A stretch of DNA of 64,000 nucleotides from Calditrichia bacterium. Lineage in GTDB: Bacteria > Calditrichota > Calditrichia > JAJRVZ01. The position numbers were made by a program, and so were the translations under genes. Positions 1-11,117 of this stretch are shown here, piece by piece; positions within the stretch are counted from its first letter, which is position 1; the number at the start of each line of letters is the position of its first letter. Where the stretch lies: the NCBI GenBank assembly GCA_963796965.1, contig CAWCNS010000005.1, positions 288,001 through 352,000 of the forward strand, read 5' to 3'. The notes under the pieces are model-generated. The model saw only the letters and a list, made by a program, of their open reading frames with translations. It made no database searches and was not told the DNA's origin.

Positions 1-9
1 TAGCACCTG

Positions 10-270
10 ATGCCCGATGTCGCCGGTACTGATCAGGGTGATTTTGTGGATTTAACCGGGGATGCAATCAGAATTCAGATAGAGCCCGATCGACCCCGGG
101 TTAATATTATTGCAGATAGAATTAAACCTGAATTTGATATGATGGATTTGCAAAGATCGTTTATGGAAGAATTGACTGGTGGGGGCGAAAGAGTTCTCAT
201 TGTTGATCCAAAGGCACAGTTTAAAGATGAAAAAATAGATGTTGACAAAGTTGTAAACAAAGGTAGATGA
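10..270 (+). CDS. small protein upstream of TolQ/TolR-like motor genes, possibly GltF/CglF-like (may be 5'-truncated by window edge)
   Basis: ORF directly precedes the ExbB/ExbD/ExbD/TonB-C cluster; acidic segment only loosely resembles GltF-type proteins. Confidence 0.35.
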   Translation: MPDVAGTDQGDFVDLTGDAIRIQIEPDRPRVNIIADRIKPEFDMMDLQRSFMEELTGGGERVLIVDPKAQFKDEKIDVDKVVNKGR

Positions 271-293
271 AAATCATTAATTAGGAGGATATT

Positions 294-956
294 ATGGATG
301 CCTTTTTGGCTGGTTTTGGTAGGTCATTTTCACCTGGTGATCCCGCGTTTTTATTCATGTATGTTATTGCATTGTTTGCAGCGGCAGCACTGGCAATAGG
401 AATTGAAAGATTCTATTATATAATGATTCGATCCAATATTAATGCGGATAAATTTATGGCCGAGATTCGCAAACTCGTTGCCGGTGGCAATATGGACCGG
501 GCTATTGCTCTCTGCGACAAAGGCAAGCAAAAAGCCTTACCATTTGTTGTACTGCGAGGATTAAAACGCGCTATTGAGAGTGAAGCATTGGATTTTCGTG
601 CTATTCAGAATGCTGTAGATGAGGGAACACTTGAAGTTATTCCCAAACTGCAGGAAAGAACGAATTATCTGTCTATGTTTGCAAATGTCGCAACACTAAC
701 CGGTCTAATGGGAACGATTTTTGGTCTGATTATCGCCTTTGATGCTGTTGGTGGCGAGGGTGTACCTGAGGCCGATAAAACCAGGTTTCTTGCCGCTGGT
801 ATTTCTGCGGCCATGAATACAACAATCTTTGGTCTTATGGTGGCTATACCCTGTTTGATTAGTTACACCTTTCTTACTAATAAAACCACAAAGATAATTG
901 ACGAGATGGATGAACATTTGGTTAAATTAATTAACTTAATAACCGGCAATCGCTAA
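294..956 (+). CDS. MotA/TolQ/ExbB proton channel protein (AglR-like)
   Basis: 3 TM segments; ATLTGLMGTIFGLIIAF and GISAAMNTTIFGLMVAIP motifs; AGGAGG RBS. Confidence 0.9.
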   Translation: MDAFLAGFGRSFSPGDPAFLFMYVIALFAAAALAIGIERFYYIMIRSNINADKFMAEIRKLVAGGNMDRAIALCDKGKQKALPFVVLRGLKRAIESEALDFRAIQNAVDEGTLEVIPKLQERTNYLSMFANVATLTGLMGTIFGLIIAFDAVGGEGVPEADKTRFLAAGISAAMNTTIFGLMVAIPCLISYTFLTNKTTKIIDEMDEHLVKLINLITGNR

Positions 957-975
957 TTTAAACTGAGGATCCATC

Positions 976-1529
976 ATGGCATATAAACCCTCAATGAGAC
1001 GCAGTGGTGTCACTGCTGATATTGAATTAGATATAAAGCCAGTCATGAATCTGATGGTTGTTCTGATTCCGCTTCTGCTTGCCGGAGTTGAAATGGTTAA
1101 ACTTTCTATTATTGAAATTGACCTTCCTCCAGCATCAGCAGGTGGTGGAAAAGGTGCGGACGATAAAAATCCTGAAAAAGAAAAAGAGAAGAAACTCAGT
1201 CTAAAGATTGCACTATCACGGCCGAAGGTATTAGTCTTGCCACAGCCTCCGCTGTTATGTCGGGAGAAGAGGGTGAGGGACCTACGGTACCTGTATCATC
1301 AAATGGTGATCAGAATTTAGATCTACTTAAAGAGAAATTAGTAGAAGTGAAAAAAGCAATCAAAGACAAGGGATTTAAGGACGATAATGTTGCAATTATA
1401 ACTGCCGCGAAGGAAATTGAGTATCAAATAATTATTAGTGTACTTGATGCAATTCAAAAATACGAAGATGATGAAGGTAACATTCAACCCTTGTTCCCGC
1501 AAGTTAATTTCGGGCAGGTCGTGATTTGA
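976..1529 (+). CDS. ExbD/TolR family protein (AglQ-like), frameshifted near 1210
   Basis: ELDIKPVMNLMVVLIPLLL N-terminus (976..1320) continues into IEYQIIISVLDAI...LFPQV (1257..1529). Confidence 0.8.
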
Positions 1530-1546
1530 AAGATGAGGTAACACCC

Positions 1547-2041
1547 ATGGCTTTTATACCATCGAAGTCGAAGAAACATAATACAAAACAAGAGGGCACA
1601 TTGAATATGAACTCGATGATGGATATGATGACCATCATCCTACTTTTCCTTTTAAAGTCATATTCAACAACCGGTGCCCTGGCAGCCCAAAGTGAGAGCT
1701 TGAAACTGCCTGTTTCTATACGCGAAACAAAACCAAAAAAGGAATTAAATGTCGCGGTTGCGAAAGATGTTATCATGATTAATGAGCAGCCAGTAATGGC
1801 AATGGCCGATGTTCCTCCGAATGAAATCCTCATTCCTCAATTGGCGCAAAAGTTAATTGAATATGCCAATAAAGAAAAACAGCTGGAGATAGAGGTAGGT
1901 AAAGAATTTACCCATGAGGTCATTATTCAAGGCGACAAATCAATCAATTATGAATTATTGTTTCGTGTCATGTATACATGTGGTCAGTCGGAGTTTAATA
2001 AGATGCGTCTCTTAACCGTTCAGGGTATACCGGCTGAATAA
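1547..2041 (+). CDS. ExbD/TolR family protein (AglS-like)
   Basis: LNMNSMMDMMTIILLFLLKSYS and IQGDKSINYELLFRVMYTC motifs. Confidence 0.85.
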   Translation: MAFIPSKSKKHNTKQEGTLNMNSMMDMMTIILLFLLKSYSTTGALAAQSESLKLPVSIRETKPKKELNVAVAKDVIMINEQPVMAMADVPPNEILIPQLAQKLIEYANKEKQLEIEVGKEFTHEVIIQGDKSINYELLFRVMYTCGQSEFNKMRLLTVQGIPAE

Positions 2042-2104
2042 CCGAAATATTGAGTCCAAGTATGGTACTCAACAATATTAATCGAAATTTAATGAAGGAT
2101 TAAT

Positions 2105-3203
2105 ATGAAAGAAGATAATAAAGACAGCAAAGCACCAAGAGCTGGACAAAGACCTGCCCCTGCAGGTGGAGGTGCAGCTGCCTTTCGCTTAACCGGCTTT
2201 CCTAAGGAATTTGAGCGCAATTTCCTGGAGGATATTGATAAGCGTTACTTACTTATCATGTTGGGATCCTGGATATTCGTTTATGGAATTGCGATCATCC
2301 TGGGAGCGATTGATTATGATCAAGATGCATTAGCGGCTAAAGTGAGGCAAAATTATCTGGATAAATTCTATCAGGCACAGATCGTTGAACCTATACGCTC
2401 AGGAAGAAGAAGATGCAGGTGAAGGATTTGGAGAAGAAGAAGAGGAAGTTGAAGAAGATGCCAGAGCTGAAAGAGATAAAGGCAGGACAGCCGAAACCCG
2501 TGGACCGTCTGCCAAAGAAATTGCCAATCAACGAAGGGCCGCCGCTGCTCAACGGAGCGCTTCACGGCGTGCTATGGAGCAGCAGATAGCGGGTACTGGC
2601 GTTCTTGGTTTGTTATCAGCTGCGGGCGGTGGCGGTAGCGGAGACGCTGTCGTTGATGTCCTTGGTGATGCCGGAGCAGGTACTGGCGATCTGGGAGAGG
2701 TGCTTTCCGGAGTTGGTGGTTTGGCCACTGCAACTTCATCAGGACAGAGATCTCGTCTTGGCAGCCGTGGTGGAGGCCGGGTAGATGGAAGCGCTGATGT
2801 TAATGAGCTGTTATCCGGAATAGGTACAGCGGGTTCAGCTAATATCGGCCGTCAGGGTTCTATTAAAATGGCTATGGATGCTGCCAGTGTAAGTGGAAAG
2901 GGCTCAAAGTCTGCTAATCGAAGTGGTGAAGAACTATCACGTGTGATTAACAGTCATAATGATGCTGTTGAATATTGCTACAAAAAAGAATCAAAATTGA
3001 ATCCAAATCTTAAGGGAGATATTCAGATTGAATTTACTGTCGGATTTAATGGTCGGGTAAAAGGTGTAAGGATTATCAGATCTTCTCTTAGAAATAAAAA
3101 AGTGGAAAGTTGTATTACGAGCCGTGTACGCGGATGGCGATTCAAACCAATCGATAAATCAGAAGGCGATGTTAAGATTCGTCAGAAATACATCTTTGGT
3201 TAA
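2105..3203 (+). CDS. TonB-like protein with AgmX/PglI-type C-terminal domain (GltG-like), frameshifted near 2390
   Basis: TM helix, Gly-rich linker, C-terminal VEYCYKKESKLNPNLKG...ESCITSRVRGWRF. Confidence 0.75.
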
Positions 3204-3223
3204 TTAACGTAAGTACCTTAAAT

Positions 3224-3250
3224 AAAGCCACTTAAAGGTGGCTTTTTTTA
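3224..3250 (+). terminator. intrinsic terminator
   Basis: AAAGCCAC...GTGGCTTT stem followed by T tract. Confidence 0.75.
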
Positions 3251-3296
3251 TATCTGAAAATGAAGAATCTTAATATAAATTTAGATGAGCTTGTGA

Positions 3297-5065
3297 ATGG
3301 AATATCGAACACATAGTTGCGGGGAATTAAAAGCAATCAATGAGAATGAAAATGTGCGGCTTTGCGGATGGGTTAAAAGCTGGCGTGATCATGGTGGTCT
3401 TCTATTCATTGATCTGCGCGATAGGTTTGGCGTAACACAGATTGTTTTTAATCCTGAAGAAGATGCAGATCTTCATCTTCAGGCCATGGCGCTTAGAACT
3501 GAATTTGTCATTGCCGTGGAAGGCAGTGTTCAGCTCCGCCCGGAGGGTATGAAGAACGTAGATATGGAAACAGGGGAATTAGAAGTTCATGCTAAGTCCC
3601 TGGAAGTGTTAAATGCTTCGAAAACCCCACCCTTTGAGATAAAAGATGAAATTGAAGTGAGTGAAGAACTAAAACTTAAATATCGATATTTGGATTTAAG
3701 ACGGACGGGGATTAAGGAAAATCTGATTCTAAGAAGCGATCTTTATAGAGTAGTGCGAAATTATTTTCATGAGAATAAATTCGTCGAGGTTGAAACACCC
3801 ATTCTTATGAAGAGCACGCCTGAAGGCGCCAGAGACTTTCTGGTTCCCAGCAGAAATTACAAAGGGCAGTTCTATGCATTACCACAATCACCACAAACTT
3901 ATAAACAATTATTAATGATCTCCGGATTTGATCGATATTTTCAAATTGTTAAATGTTTCAGGGATGAGGATCTTAGAAAAGACCGTCAACCCGAATTTAC
4001 CCAGATTGATGTGGAAATGTCATTTGTAAATGAAGATAATGTTATGGAAATGGCCGAAAATCTTATAAAAGTTATATATCGGGAAATTAAAGGTCGAAAA
4101 TCTGGATTTTATTTTCCCACGTATTCCATATGATACCGCATTAGATGAATATGGAAGCGACAAGCCAGATCTACGCTTTGGGTTAAAAATCAAACATTTT
4201 ACAGAAATTTTCAGAGGCACTGCCTTTAATGCATTTGCATCGGTGTTGTATGATAAGGGTTCATTGCCGGGCTGGTGACTAATTCTGCAGATAAGTTCTC
4301 AAGGAAACAGATTGACAAACTCATAGATTATGCCAAAAAACAGGGAGCTAAGGGATTAGTCTGGTTTAAATTCCTGAATAACGCGCTGGAAGGACCCATC
4401 GTAAAATTTTTATCTGAGGATGAAATCAACAATATTGTAGAAAGGGCAAGTCTTACAGAAAATGATATCCTTTTTATGGCTGCCGGTGAAACGGAACCTA
4501 CACTAACCGTTCTGGGGCATTGCGTTTATATCTGGGAGAATTTTTAAATCTTATTGATTACACCAAGGACAATTTTCTCTGGGTCACAGATTTCCCAATG
4601 CTTGAATTTAATGAGGATGAAAACCGTTTTGTCGCCAGACATCATCCATTTACCAGTCCAAAAAGTGAAGATATAGTGAATCTTCAGGAGAATCCTAAAT
4701 CTGTTAAGGCACGTGCTTATGATCTCGTTATAAATGGGAATGAAATAGCTGGGGGAAGTATTCGTATTCATGATTCAAAAATTCAGAGAGATGTTTTTAA
4801 TATGCTGGGAATAAGTGAGGAAGATGCTGAAAATAAATTTGGTTTTTTAATTACTGCCTTGGATTATGGAGCCCCTCCCCATGGAGGTATTGCTTTTGGA
4901 TTTGACCGGCTGGCAATGATACTTGCCGGAGCTACATCCATACGTGATGTGATTGCGTTTCCGAAAACAACCTCTGCGCTTTCACCGTTGGATGGTTCAC
5001 CATCTGAAATCTCAGCTGAACAGCTCGCAGAACTCGGCCTATCTATTACAAAACCTAAAAATTAA
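3297..5065 (+). CDS. aspS: aspartate--tRNA ligase (split by frameshifts)
   Basis: YRTHSCG, RDHGG, ALPQSPQ, FRDEDLRKDRQPEFTQID, GAPPHGGIAFGFDR across three ORFs. Confidence 0.95.
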
Positions 5066-5242
5066 GATGTAAATATTTTGCACAGGAATGAAAAAATATT
5101 CATCTTTCCCTTACATGTGACGATTATAGATTTAAAAGAGAGTAAAAAAATCTTTCTCTTAAAAGGGGTTATAGGCAGTTATTTCCGCTTAAATTATTAA
5201 AGAGTCTACTAAAAATTAAATTTTACAATAATTATTGATTTA

Positions 5243-5260
5243 TAGGCATAATTATTGCAT
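5243..5260 (+). promoter_or_regulatory. candidate sigma54 (-24/-12) promoter
   Basis: TAGGCATAATTATTGCAT: GG-N10-GC upstream of lipoprotein/LysM genes. Confidence 0.4.
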
Positions 5261-5427
5261 ACATAGGCTTGGATAGATGCTAAATAAATAAGGTATAAAT
5301 GTAAATAAAACTTGTTTTTATGGTAAAAATGTCATATTATTTCTCTTGACAAATAATTGGTTATTTATTATTTTTTATTAAACTATCTCATAAATAAACT
5401 TACATAATATTTTAGGAGGCTTGGAGT

Positions 5428-5709
5428 ATGAAACTCTTACTACAATCGTTGAGAATACTGCTGACGGTAGCTTTATTTGCTGGTTTTCTTGCCAGTTGCG
5501 CCAGTCATCCCGACGAGGACCAAATTAAGGCTCTCGAAGAGACGAAAGCAGCGGCTTTATCGGCTGAACAAACTTTAGCCCAGAAGAAACAGGAAAGTAG
5601 CGATCTGGAAGCAAAGTTAGCAGCAAAAAAATCTGAATTAGAAAAAGTAAAAAAAGAACAACAATTGGTCCTACAAAGACTTGCTGAGAAACAAGCAGCG
5701 GCCAAGTAA
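5428..5709 (+). CDS. small coiled-coil lipoprotein
   Basis: lipobox LASC; Lys/Glu/Ala-rich helix. Confidence 0.75.
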   Translation: MKLLLQSLRILLTVALFAGFLASCASHPDEDQIKALEETKAAALSAEQTLAQKKQESSDLEAKLAAKKSELEKVKKEQQLVLQRLAEKQAAAK

Positions 5710-5760
5710 TAACTGAAAAACTAACAATTTGACCGATCTCTATATCAGGAGGCAAAAAAT

Positions 5761-6606
5761 ATGAAAATCGCGAAATTACTACTTTCCTTCATGTTAGTAC
5801 TGGCCGTAAGCTCTGCACTTATGGCACAGTCATATAATTATGAAGAAATGGAAATGGATGAATACAATGCACTTCTTCAGGAATGGCAGGGTCGCTTAGA
5901 TGCTGCTCAAAAAGGTATTGCTGAAGAAGATGCAAAAATTGCAGCATTACAAGGCGACTTGGATGAAACCCAGGGCCAGGTAGATGCAACTTGGGATGAG
6001 ATATATGCGGCACTCGGTTCTTCACGTGCAGAAGACGAACAATTTAAAAGAGATATTCAGGCCTTGCGCTCTGATGTTAGCTCTCTGCTAAGTATGAGCC
6101 CCGATGAAATTTACAGGCGTAAAGATGAGTTACAGGCGTATAAAGATCGTCTTGCTCAGATGAGAGAAAATAATCTTGCATTACTTTCTGATAATATGGC
6201 TGCACTAGATAATATTGATAGCATGATTATGCAGGCTGAAGAAAAAGGAAAACCAGCACAACCTGATACTTATTCAGTTGTACGTGGTGACTATTTGTGG
6301 AAGATCGCCAGTAAAGGTGATATCTACGGTGATCCATATGCCTGGAGTAGAATCTATACAACAAACAGAGATCAAATTAAAGATCCTAACCTGATCTTTC
6401 CAGCTCAGATATTCCAAATTCCAAGAGATGTTGGGCCAAACGAACACCTCGTTATAAAAGGAGAATTTCTTTCGAAGATCTCTGGCTATGCTAATGTGTA
6501 TGGCAGTCCTTTTAAATGGCAGAAATTGTATGAAGCAAATAAAGATGTTGTAACAGATCCTAATGTTGTTTATCCTTATCAGGTTTTACAGGTTCCACGC
6601 AACTAA
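5761..6606 (+). CDS. secreted coiled-coil protein with two LysM domains
   Basis: signal peptide; YSVVRGDYLWKIA...IKDPNLIFPAQ and HLVIKGEFLSKIS...DPNVVYPYQVL. Confidence 0.9.
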   Translation: MKIAKLLLSFMLVLAVSSALMAQSYNYEEMEMDEYNALLQEWQGRLDAAQKGIAEEDAKIAALQGDLDETQGQVDATWDEIYAALGSSRAEDEQFKRDIQALRSDVSSLLSMSPDEIYRRKDELQAYKDRLAQMRENNLALLSDNMAALDNIDSMIMQAEEKGKPAQPDTYSVVRGDYLWKIASKGDIYGDPYAWSRIYTTNRDQIKDPNLIFPAQIFQIPRDVGPNEHLVIKGEFLSKISGYANVYGSPFKWQKLYEANKDVVTDPNVVYPYQVLQVPRN

Positions 6607-6650
6607 TCTTTTATATGCTATAGTTTTCTTTCTATAAGTTCTATAAATTA

Positions 6651-6686
6651 AAAAGCTCTTAATCGTTTCGGTTAAGGGCTTTTTTA
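6651..6686 (+). terminator. intrinsic terminator
   Basis: AAAAGCTCTTAATC...GGTTAAGGGCTTTTTT. Confidence 0.7.
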
Positions 6687-6742
6687 TTTTATACACTATA
6701 ATAATTAATTTATGATGTTTTCTTTTAAAATGGAGATATGTT

Positions 6743-7714
6743 TTGTCCGATGATATGGAGCGGGAGTTTGAGATTAAAGATACTGATATTCAGGTCTTCT
6801 TTGGTGCGAATGATCGTAATTTAAATATTATTGAAAAAAACTTTTCCGTCACTATGGTTGGGAGGGGAGATAAGATTAAAATCAGTGGTTCTGCATTTGA
6901 AGTGGAGCAGGTTGTGGAACTCCTGAGTGAAATGGTCTTTCATATAAACAAAAACAAAAAATTACCCCGGACGGATCTGATAACCCTTATTCAACTAATT
7001 AAAGGTGAAGCTAAAGATAAAACAAAGTCTGAACCGGCCGAGGAAGAGTTGAAATCGGTTGTTCTCTTTACAGATTCAGGATATGTTAAGGCCAGCACTC
7101 CAGGGCAGGAAAAATATAAAGATGCTGTTAAGGATAATGATATTGTCTTTTGCATCGGGCCGGCCGGCACAGGTAAAACTTATTTGGCCGTAGCTATGGC
7201 TATCGCCTATTATCAGAAAAAATTAGTAAAAAAAATCATTTTAGCACGACCTGCTGTTGAGGCTGGAGAAAGTTTGGGCTTCCTGCCGGGAGACTTTAGA
7301 GAGAAAATAGATCCCTATTTACGCCCGCTGTATGACGCGTTGAGCGAAATGTTACCCCGCGATCTGCAGAAAAGATTGATTGAGCAAAATATTATTGAAG
7401 TCATCCCCATGGCCTTTATGCGTGGAAGAACTTTGAATAATGCTTTTGTGATTCTGGATGAGGCTCAAAATTGTACTTTCTTGCAAATGAAAATGTTTTT
7501 AACCCGTCTTGGATTTAACTCGAAATCAATAATTAATGGTGATATTACTCAAATTGATCTTCCTGATAAAAGTAATTCCGGATTGGCCAGCATAAAGGAT
7601 ATCTTAAATGGCATTGATGGTATTAAATTTATCAATCTCGGCGTGGAAGATGTGGTCCGCCATCATTTAGTAAAGAAAATAATTGATGCCTATGCACAGA
7701 ATAAAGATAACTGA
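6743..7714 (+). CDS. phoH: PhoH family ATPase
   Basis: GPAGTGKT, RPAVEAGESLGFLPG, MRGRTL, ILDEAQN. Confidence 0.92.
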   Translation: MSDDMEREFEIKDTDIQVFFGANDRNLNIIEKNFSVTMVGRGDKIKISGSAFEVEQVVELLSEMVFHINKNKKLPRTDLITLIQLIKGEAKDKTKSEPAEEELKSVVLFTDSGYVKASTPGQEKYKDAVKDNDIVFCIGPAGTGKTYLAVAMAIAYYQKKLVKKIILARPAVEAGESLGFLPGDFREKIDPYLRPLYDALSEMLPRDLQKRLIEQNIIEVIPMAFMRGRTLNNAFVILDEAQNCTFLQMKMFLTRLGFNSKSIINGDITQIDLPDKSNSGLASIKDILNGIDGIKFINLGVEDVVRHHLVKKIIDAYAQNKDN

Positions 7715-7825
7715 AGATAGTATGTGTAGGAAATTAATTATATCATTACACCGAATAGTAATGCTTGAAATAAAAATTAAAAATCTATACATTATTAAGA
7801 TATTTCATCCAATGAGGATCCAATA

Positions 7826-9010
7826 ATGAATTCATTGCGAGAAGTCGTAATTGCCGCCGCCGTTCGCACTCCAATTGGTTCATTTCTAGGTAGCCTGAGT
7901 AGTGTTTCTGCTACGCAATTAGGGGGTATTGTTATCGAAGAACTCCTTAAACGAGCCAATATGGATAAAAATTTAGTGGACGAAGTTATAATGGGAAATG
8001 TGCTTTCTGCAGGCGAGGGGCAGGCCCCGGCTCGTCAAGCTGCTCTGGCAGCTGGTCTTCCCGTTTCTACTGAATGCATGACTATCAATAAGGTCTGTGG
8101 CTCTGGACTAAAGTCAGTAATGCTTGCCAGTCAGGCAATTATGGTTGGAGATGCAGATGTTATTGTGGCAGGTGGAATGGAAAGTATGAGCAATGTTCCT
8201 TACTATTTGTTTAAAGCCCGGGGTGGTCTGAAAATGGGGCATGAGAAACTTATTGATGGGATGATATTTGATGGTTTATGGGATGTCTATAATAATTATC
8301 ACATGGGAAATGCTGCAGAATTATGCGCAAAAGAATGTAATATTTCCCGGGAAGATCAGGATAGGTTTAGTATTCAAAGCTACCAAAAAGCTATAGCCGC
8401 CCAGAAGGATGGTAAATTTATAGATGAGATTGTTCCTGTTACTATCCCGCAAAGAAAAGGGGATTCCCTGGTAGTTGATTCCGATGAGGAGCCATTGAAA
8501 GTTCGATTTGACAAAATTTCCGGACTCAGACCTGTTTTTAACAAAGAGGGCAGTGTTACGGCGGCAAATGCATCGTCAATTAATGATGGGGCAGCTGCGT
8601 TGCTGGTTATGTCATTGGATAAGGCCAGCGAATTGGGTGTTAAACCTCTCGCAAAAATTATATCGCAAGCATCGGCTGCAAAAAAACCTGAATGGTTTAC
8701 CACTGCACCAGCCGATGCAATAAATAAATGTTTGCAAAAATATGATCTTAAAATTGATGATATTGATTTGTTTGAAATAAATGAAGCTTTTGCAGTCGTC
8801 TCATTAGCAGTTAATGACATTCTTGGATTGAGTGAAGATAATGTCAATGTAAACGGTGGGGCAGTTTCTCTTGGACATCCGATAGGAGCCAGCGGAGCCC
8901 GCATCCTGGTAACTTTACTGCATGAGATGAAACGAAGATCTGCCAAAAGAGGATTGGCCAGTCTCTGCATCGGTGGTGGTGAAGCTTCAGCTTTAATTGT
9001 AGAAATGTAA
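7826..9010 (+). CDS. atoB: acetyl-CoA C-acetyltransferase (thiolase)
   Basis: NKVCGSG, EINEAFA, GHPIGASG, SLCIGGG. Confidence 0.93.
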   Translation: MNSLREVVIAAAVRTPIGSFLGSLSSVSATQLGGIVIEELLKRANMDKNLVDEVIMGNVLSAGEGQAPARQAALAAGLPVSTECMTINKVCGSGLKSVMLASQAIMVGDADVIVAGGMESMSNVPYYLFKARGGLKMGHEKLIDGMIFDGLWDVYNNYHMGNAAELCAKECNISREDQDRFSIQSYQKAIAAQKDGKFIDEIVPVTIPQRKGDSLVVDSDEEPLKVRFDKISGLRPVFNKEGSVTAANASSINDGAAALLVMSLDKASELGVKPLAKIISQASAAKKPEWFTTAPADAINKCLQKYDLKIDDIDLFEINEAFAVVSLAVNDILGLSEDNVNVNGGAVSLGHPIGASGARILVTLLHEMKRRSAKRGLASLCIGGGEASALIVEM

Positions 9011-9029
9011 GTAGTGGAGGATATTTCCC

Positions 9030-9878
9030 ATGATTAAGAGTCATGTATCAGTAGTGGGAAGCGGAACTATGGGCAATGGTATTGCTCATGTTTTTGCTTT
9101 AAAGGGATATCAGGTCCATCTTATAGATCTGAACCAGGGAGTGCTAGATAAAGCTGAGGCAAATATTAAAAAGAATTTAGAGCGGCAGTTAAAAAAAGAG
9201 ACAATTACAGAAAATGAGATGAAAGCAGCTTTGTCAAATATCACATTTATCTCTGATCTGAAAATTGTATCTGGAAGCGACCTCGTCATAGAAGCAATAA
9301 CTGAAGATGAGAAAATAAAAAAAGATGTTTTTAAACACCTCGATTCCCTCTGCCATCCTGAGTGTATTGTTGCTTCGAATACTTCCTCTATTTCAATTAC
9401 TGAATTAGCTGCTGTTACAAATAGAGCGGATAAGATAATTGGTATGCATTTTATGAATCCTGTTCCGGTTATGAAGTTGGTTGAAATTATACGGGGATTG
9501 GCAACGTCCGATGAAACTTTTAATGCAATTAAAGAGATTACCGATCGTTTAGAAAAAGTGCCTGTAGCGGTAAATGATTATCCGGGATTTATCTCAAATC
9601 GTATATTAATGCCTATGATAAATGAAGCAATTTATTGTTTAATGGAAGGTGTTGCCAGTCGAGAGGATATTGATACGGTTATGAAATTAGGAATGGCCCA
9701 TCCAATGGGGCCTTTGACCCTGGCTGATTTTATTGGTCTCGATGTATGTTTATCAATTCTGGATGTACTCTTTAAAGGTTTTGGTGATCCAAAGTATCGC
9801 CCTTGTCCTTTGCTGAAAAAAATGGTAGCCGCTGGATACACAGGTCGTAAATCAGGAAAAGGATTTTATACTTATTAA
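9030..9878 (+). CDS. hbd: 3-hydroxybutyryl-CoA dehydrogenase
   Basis: [30 protein letters not shown]. Confidence 0.92.
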   Translation: MIKSHVSVVGSGTMGNGIAHVFALKGYQVHLIDLNQGVLDKAEANIKKNLERQLKKETITENEMKAALSNITFISDLKIVSGSDLVIEAITEDEKIKKDVFKHLDSLCHPECIVASNTSSISITELAAVTNRADKIIGMHFMNPVPVMKLVEIIRGLATSDETFNAIKEITDRLEKVPVAVNDYPGFISNRILMPMINEAIYCLMEGVASREDIDTVMKLGMAHPMGPLTLADFIGLDVCLSILDVLFKGFGDPKYRPCPLLKKMVAAGYTGRKSGKGFYTY

Positions 9879-9882
9879 TGCC

Positions 9883-10308
9883 ATGAGCCAAGTTGCAATT
9901 AAAAGATCAGACGAGAGAGAATTCGCTTTTAAAATGTTTTATGCAGCAGAATATAACTCTGAACCCTGGTCTAACCAGATTGCTCATCTTGATGAGCAGG
10001 AAAAGCGGCTGGCAACCTCGTATGTGGAAAAACTAGCAACGGTATATTCTGAATATAAAAATGATTTTGACCAACTTATCATAAAACATCTGAAAAATTG
10101 GGAATTGCAACGAATTGCGGTAATTGATAAAGTGATCTTAAGGCTGGCTTTGGCAGAAATATTATACTTCGAGGAGATTCCTCCTGAAGTATCAATTAAT
10201 GAAGCAATTGAGTTGGCAAAAAAGTATAGTACAGGAAAAAGCGGAAAATTTATAAATGGGATTTTGGATACTATTTATCGTAAACAAAAAAAAACATTGA
10301 AATCTTAA
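9883..10308 (+). CDS. nusB: transcription antitermination factor NusB
   Basis: [30 protein letters not shown]. Confidence 0.92.
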   Translation: MSQVAIKRSDEREFAFKMFYAAEYNSEPWSNQIAHLDEQEKRLATSYVEKLATVYSEYKNDFDQLIIKHLKNWELQRIAVIDKVILRLALAEILYFEEIPPEVSINEAIELAKKYSTGKSGKFINGILDTIYRKQKKTLKS

Positions 10309-10387
10309 TCAAAAATTGGAATAACCAGAGTGAAAATACAGTATATAAGAACAAGAAAATAATTCTTGGTGCTAAGAAAGAAAAAAA

Positions 10388-11104
10388 ATGACAATTGCAA
10401 TTATATCGGATGTACATGGAAACCTGGAAGCATTAAATGAGGTTTTTAAGTATGTTGATAATAAGAATATTGAGGCGGTTTATTGTCTGGGTGATATTGT
10501 TGGATATGGGCCTAATCCAAATGAATGTGTTGAATTAGTTTCTCAGCGTTGCATAAAGGTTGTAATTGGTAATCATGACCACGCAGCATTAGGCTTAACC
10601 AGTACAGAGTATTTCAATGATTTTGCAAAAATTTCCACCCATTGGACAACAAATAATTTATCCGAAGAGAATAAGAATTACCTGCATTCACTTGAATTTA
10701 CATATTCTTCGGATCAATTCCTTGCCGTTCATTCAACTCCTTCAGCTCCAACGCTTTGGCATTATATTTTGTCTGAAATGGATGCCCAACACGAATTTAA
10801 ATATTTTGATGAACGAATATGTTTTATCGGCCATTCACATTTTCCGATAATTTTCAATGATCGTGCCGGTTTTACCCGCGCCCCCAAAGTTAAATTAGAA
10901 TCCGGAGATAAATTTATTGTCAATGTGGGTAGTGTGGGACAACCAAGAGATGGAAACCCAAAGACATGTTTTTGCGTTTATGATGAAAAAGAAAGTTCAA
11001 TAGAATTTGTCCGTCTTGATTATGAAATAGATAAAACCCGGGAAAAGATAATTAAGGCGGGTTTACCCGTTTTTCTGGCGGATCGCCTGAAAAAGGGATA
11101 TTAA
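10388..11104 (+). CDS. metallophosphoesterase family protein
   Basis: SDVHGN, GDIVGYG, GNHD, GHSH, NVGSVGQPRD. Confidence 0.9.
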   Translation: MTIAIISDVHGNLEALNEVFKYVDNKNIEAVYCLGDIVGYGPNPNECVELVSQRCIKVVIGNHDHAALGLTSTEYFNDFAKISTHWTTNNLSEENKNYLHSLEFTYSSDQFLAVHSTPSAPTLWHYILSEMDAQHEFKYFDERICFIGHSHFPIIFNDRAGFTRAPKVKLESGDKFIVNVGSVGQPRDGNPKTCFCVYDEKESSIEFVRLDYEIDKTREKIIKAGLPVFLADRLKKGY

Positions 11105-11117
11105 TAAGGATTTTTGA

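Noticed and set aside
8380..8970. Long antisense ORFs (also 13088-13348, 20236-20616, 22078-22410, 23253-23603)
   Set aside because: Shadow frames opposite well-supported genes
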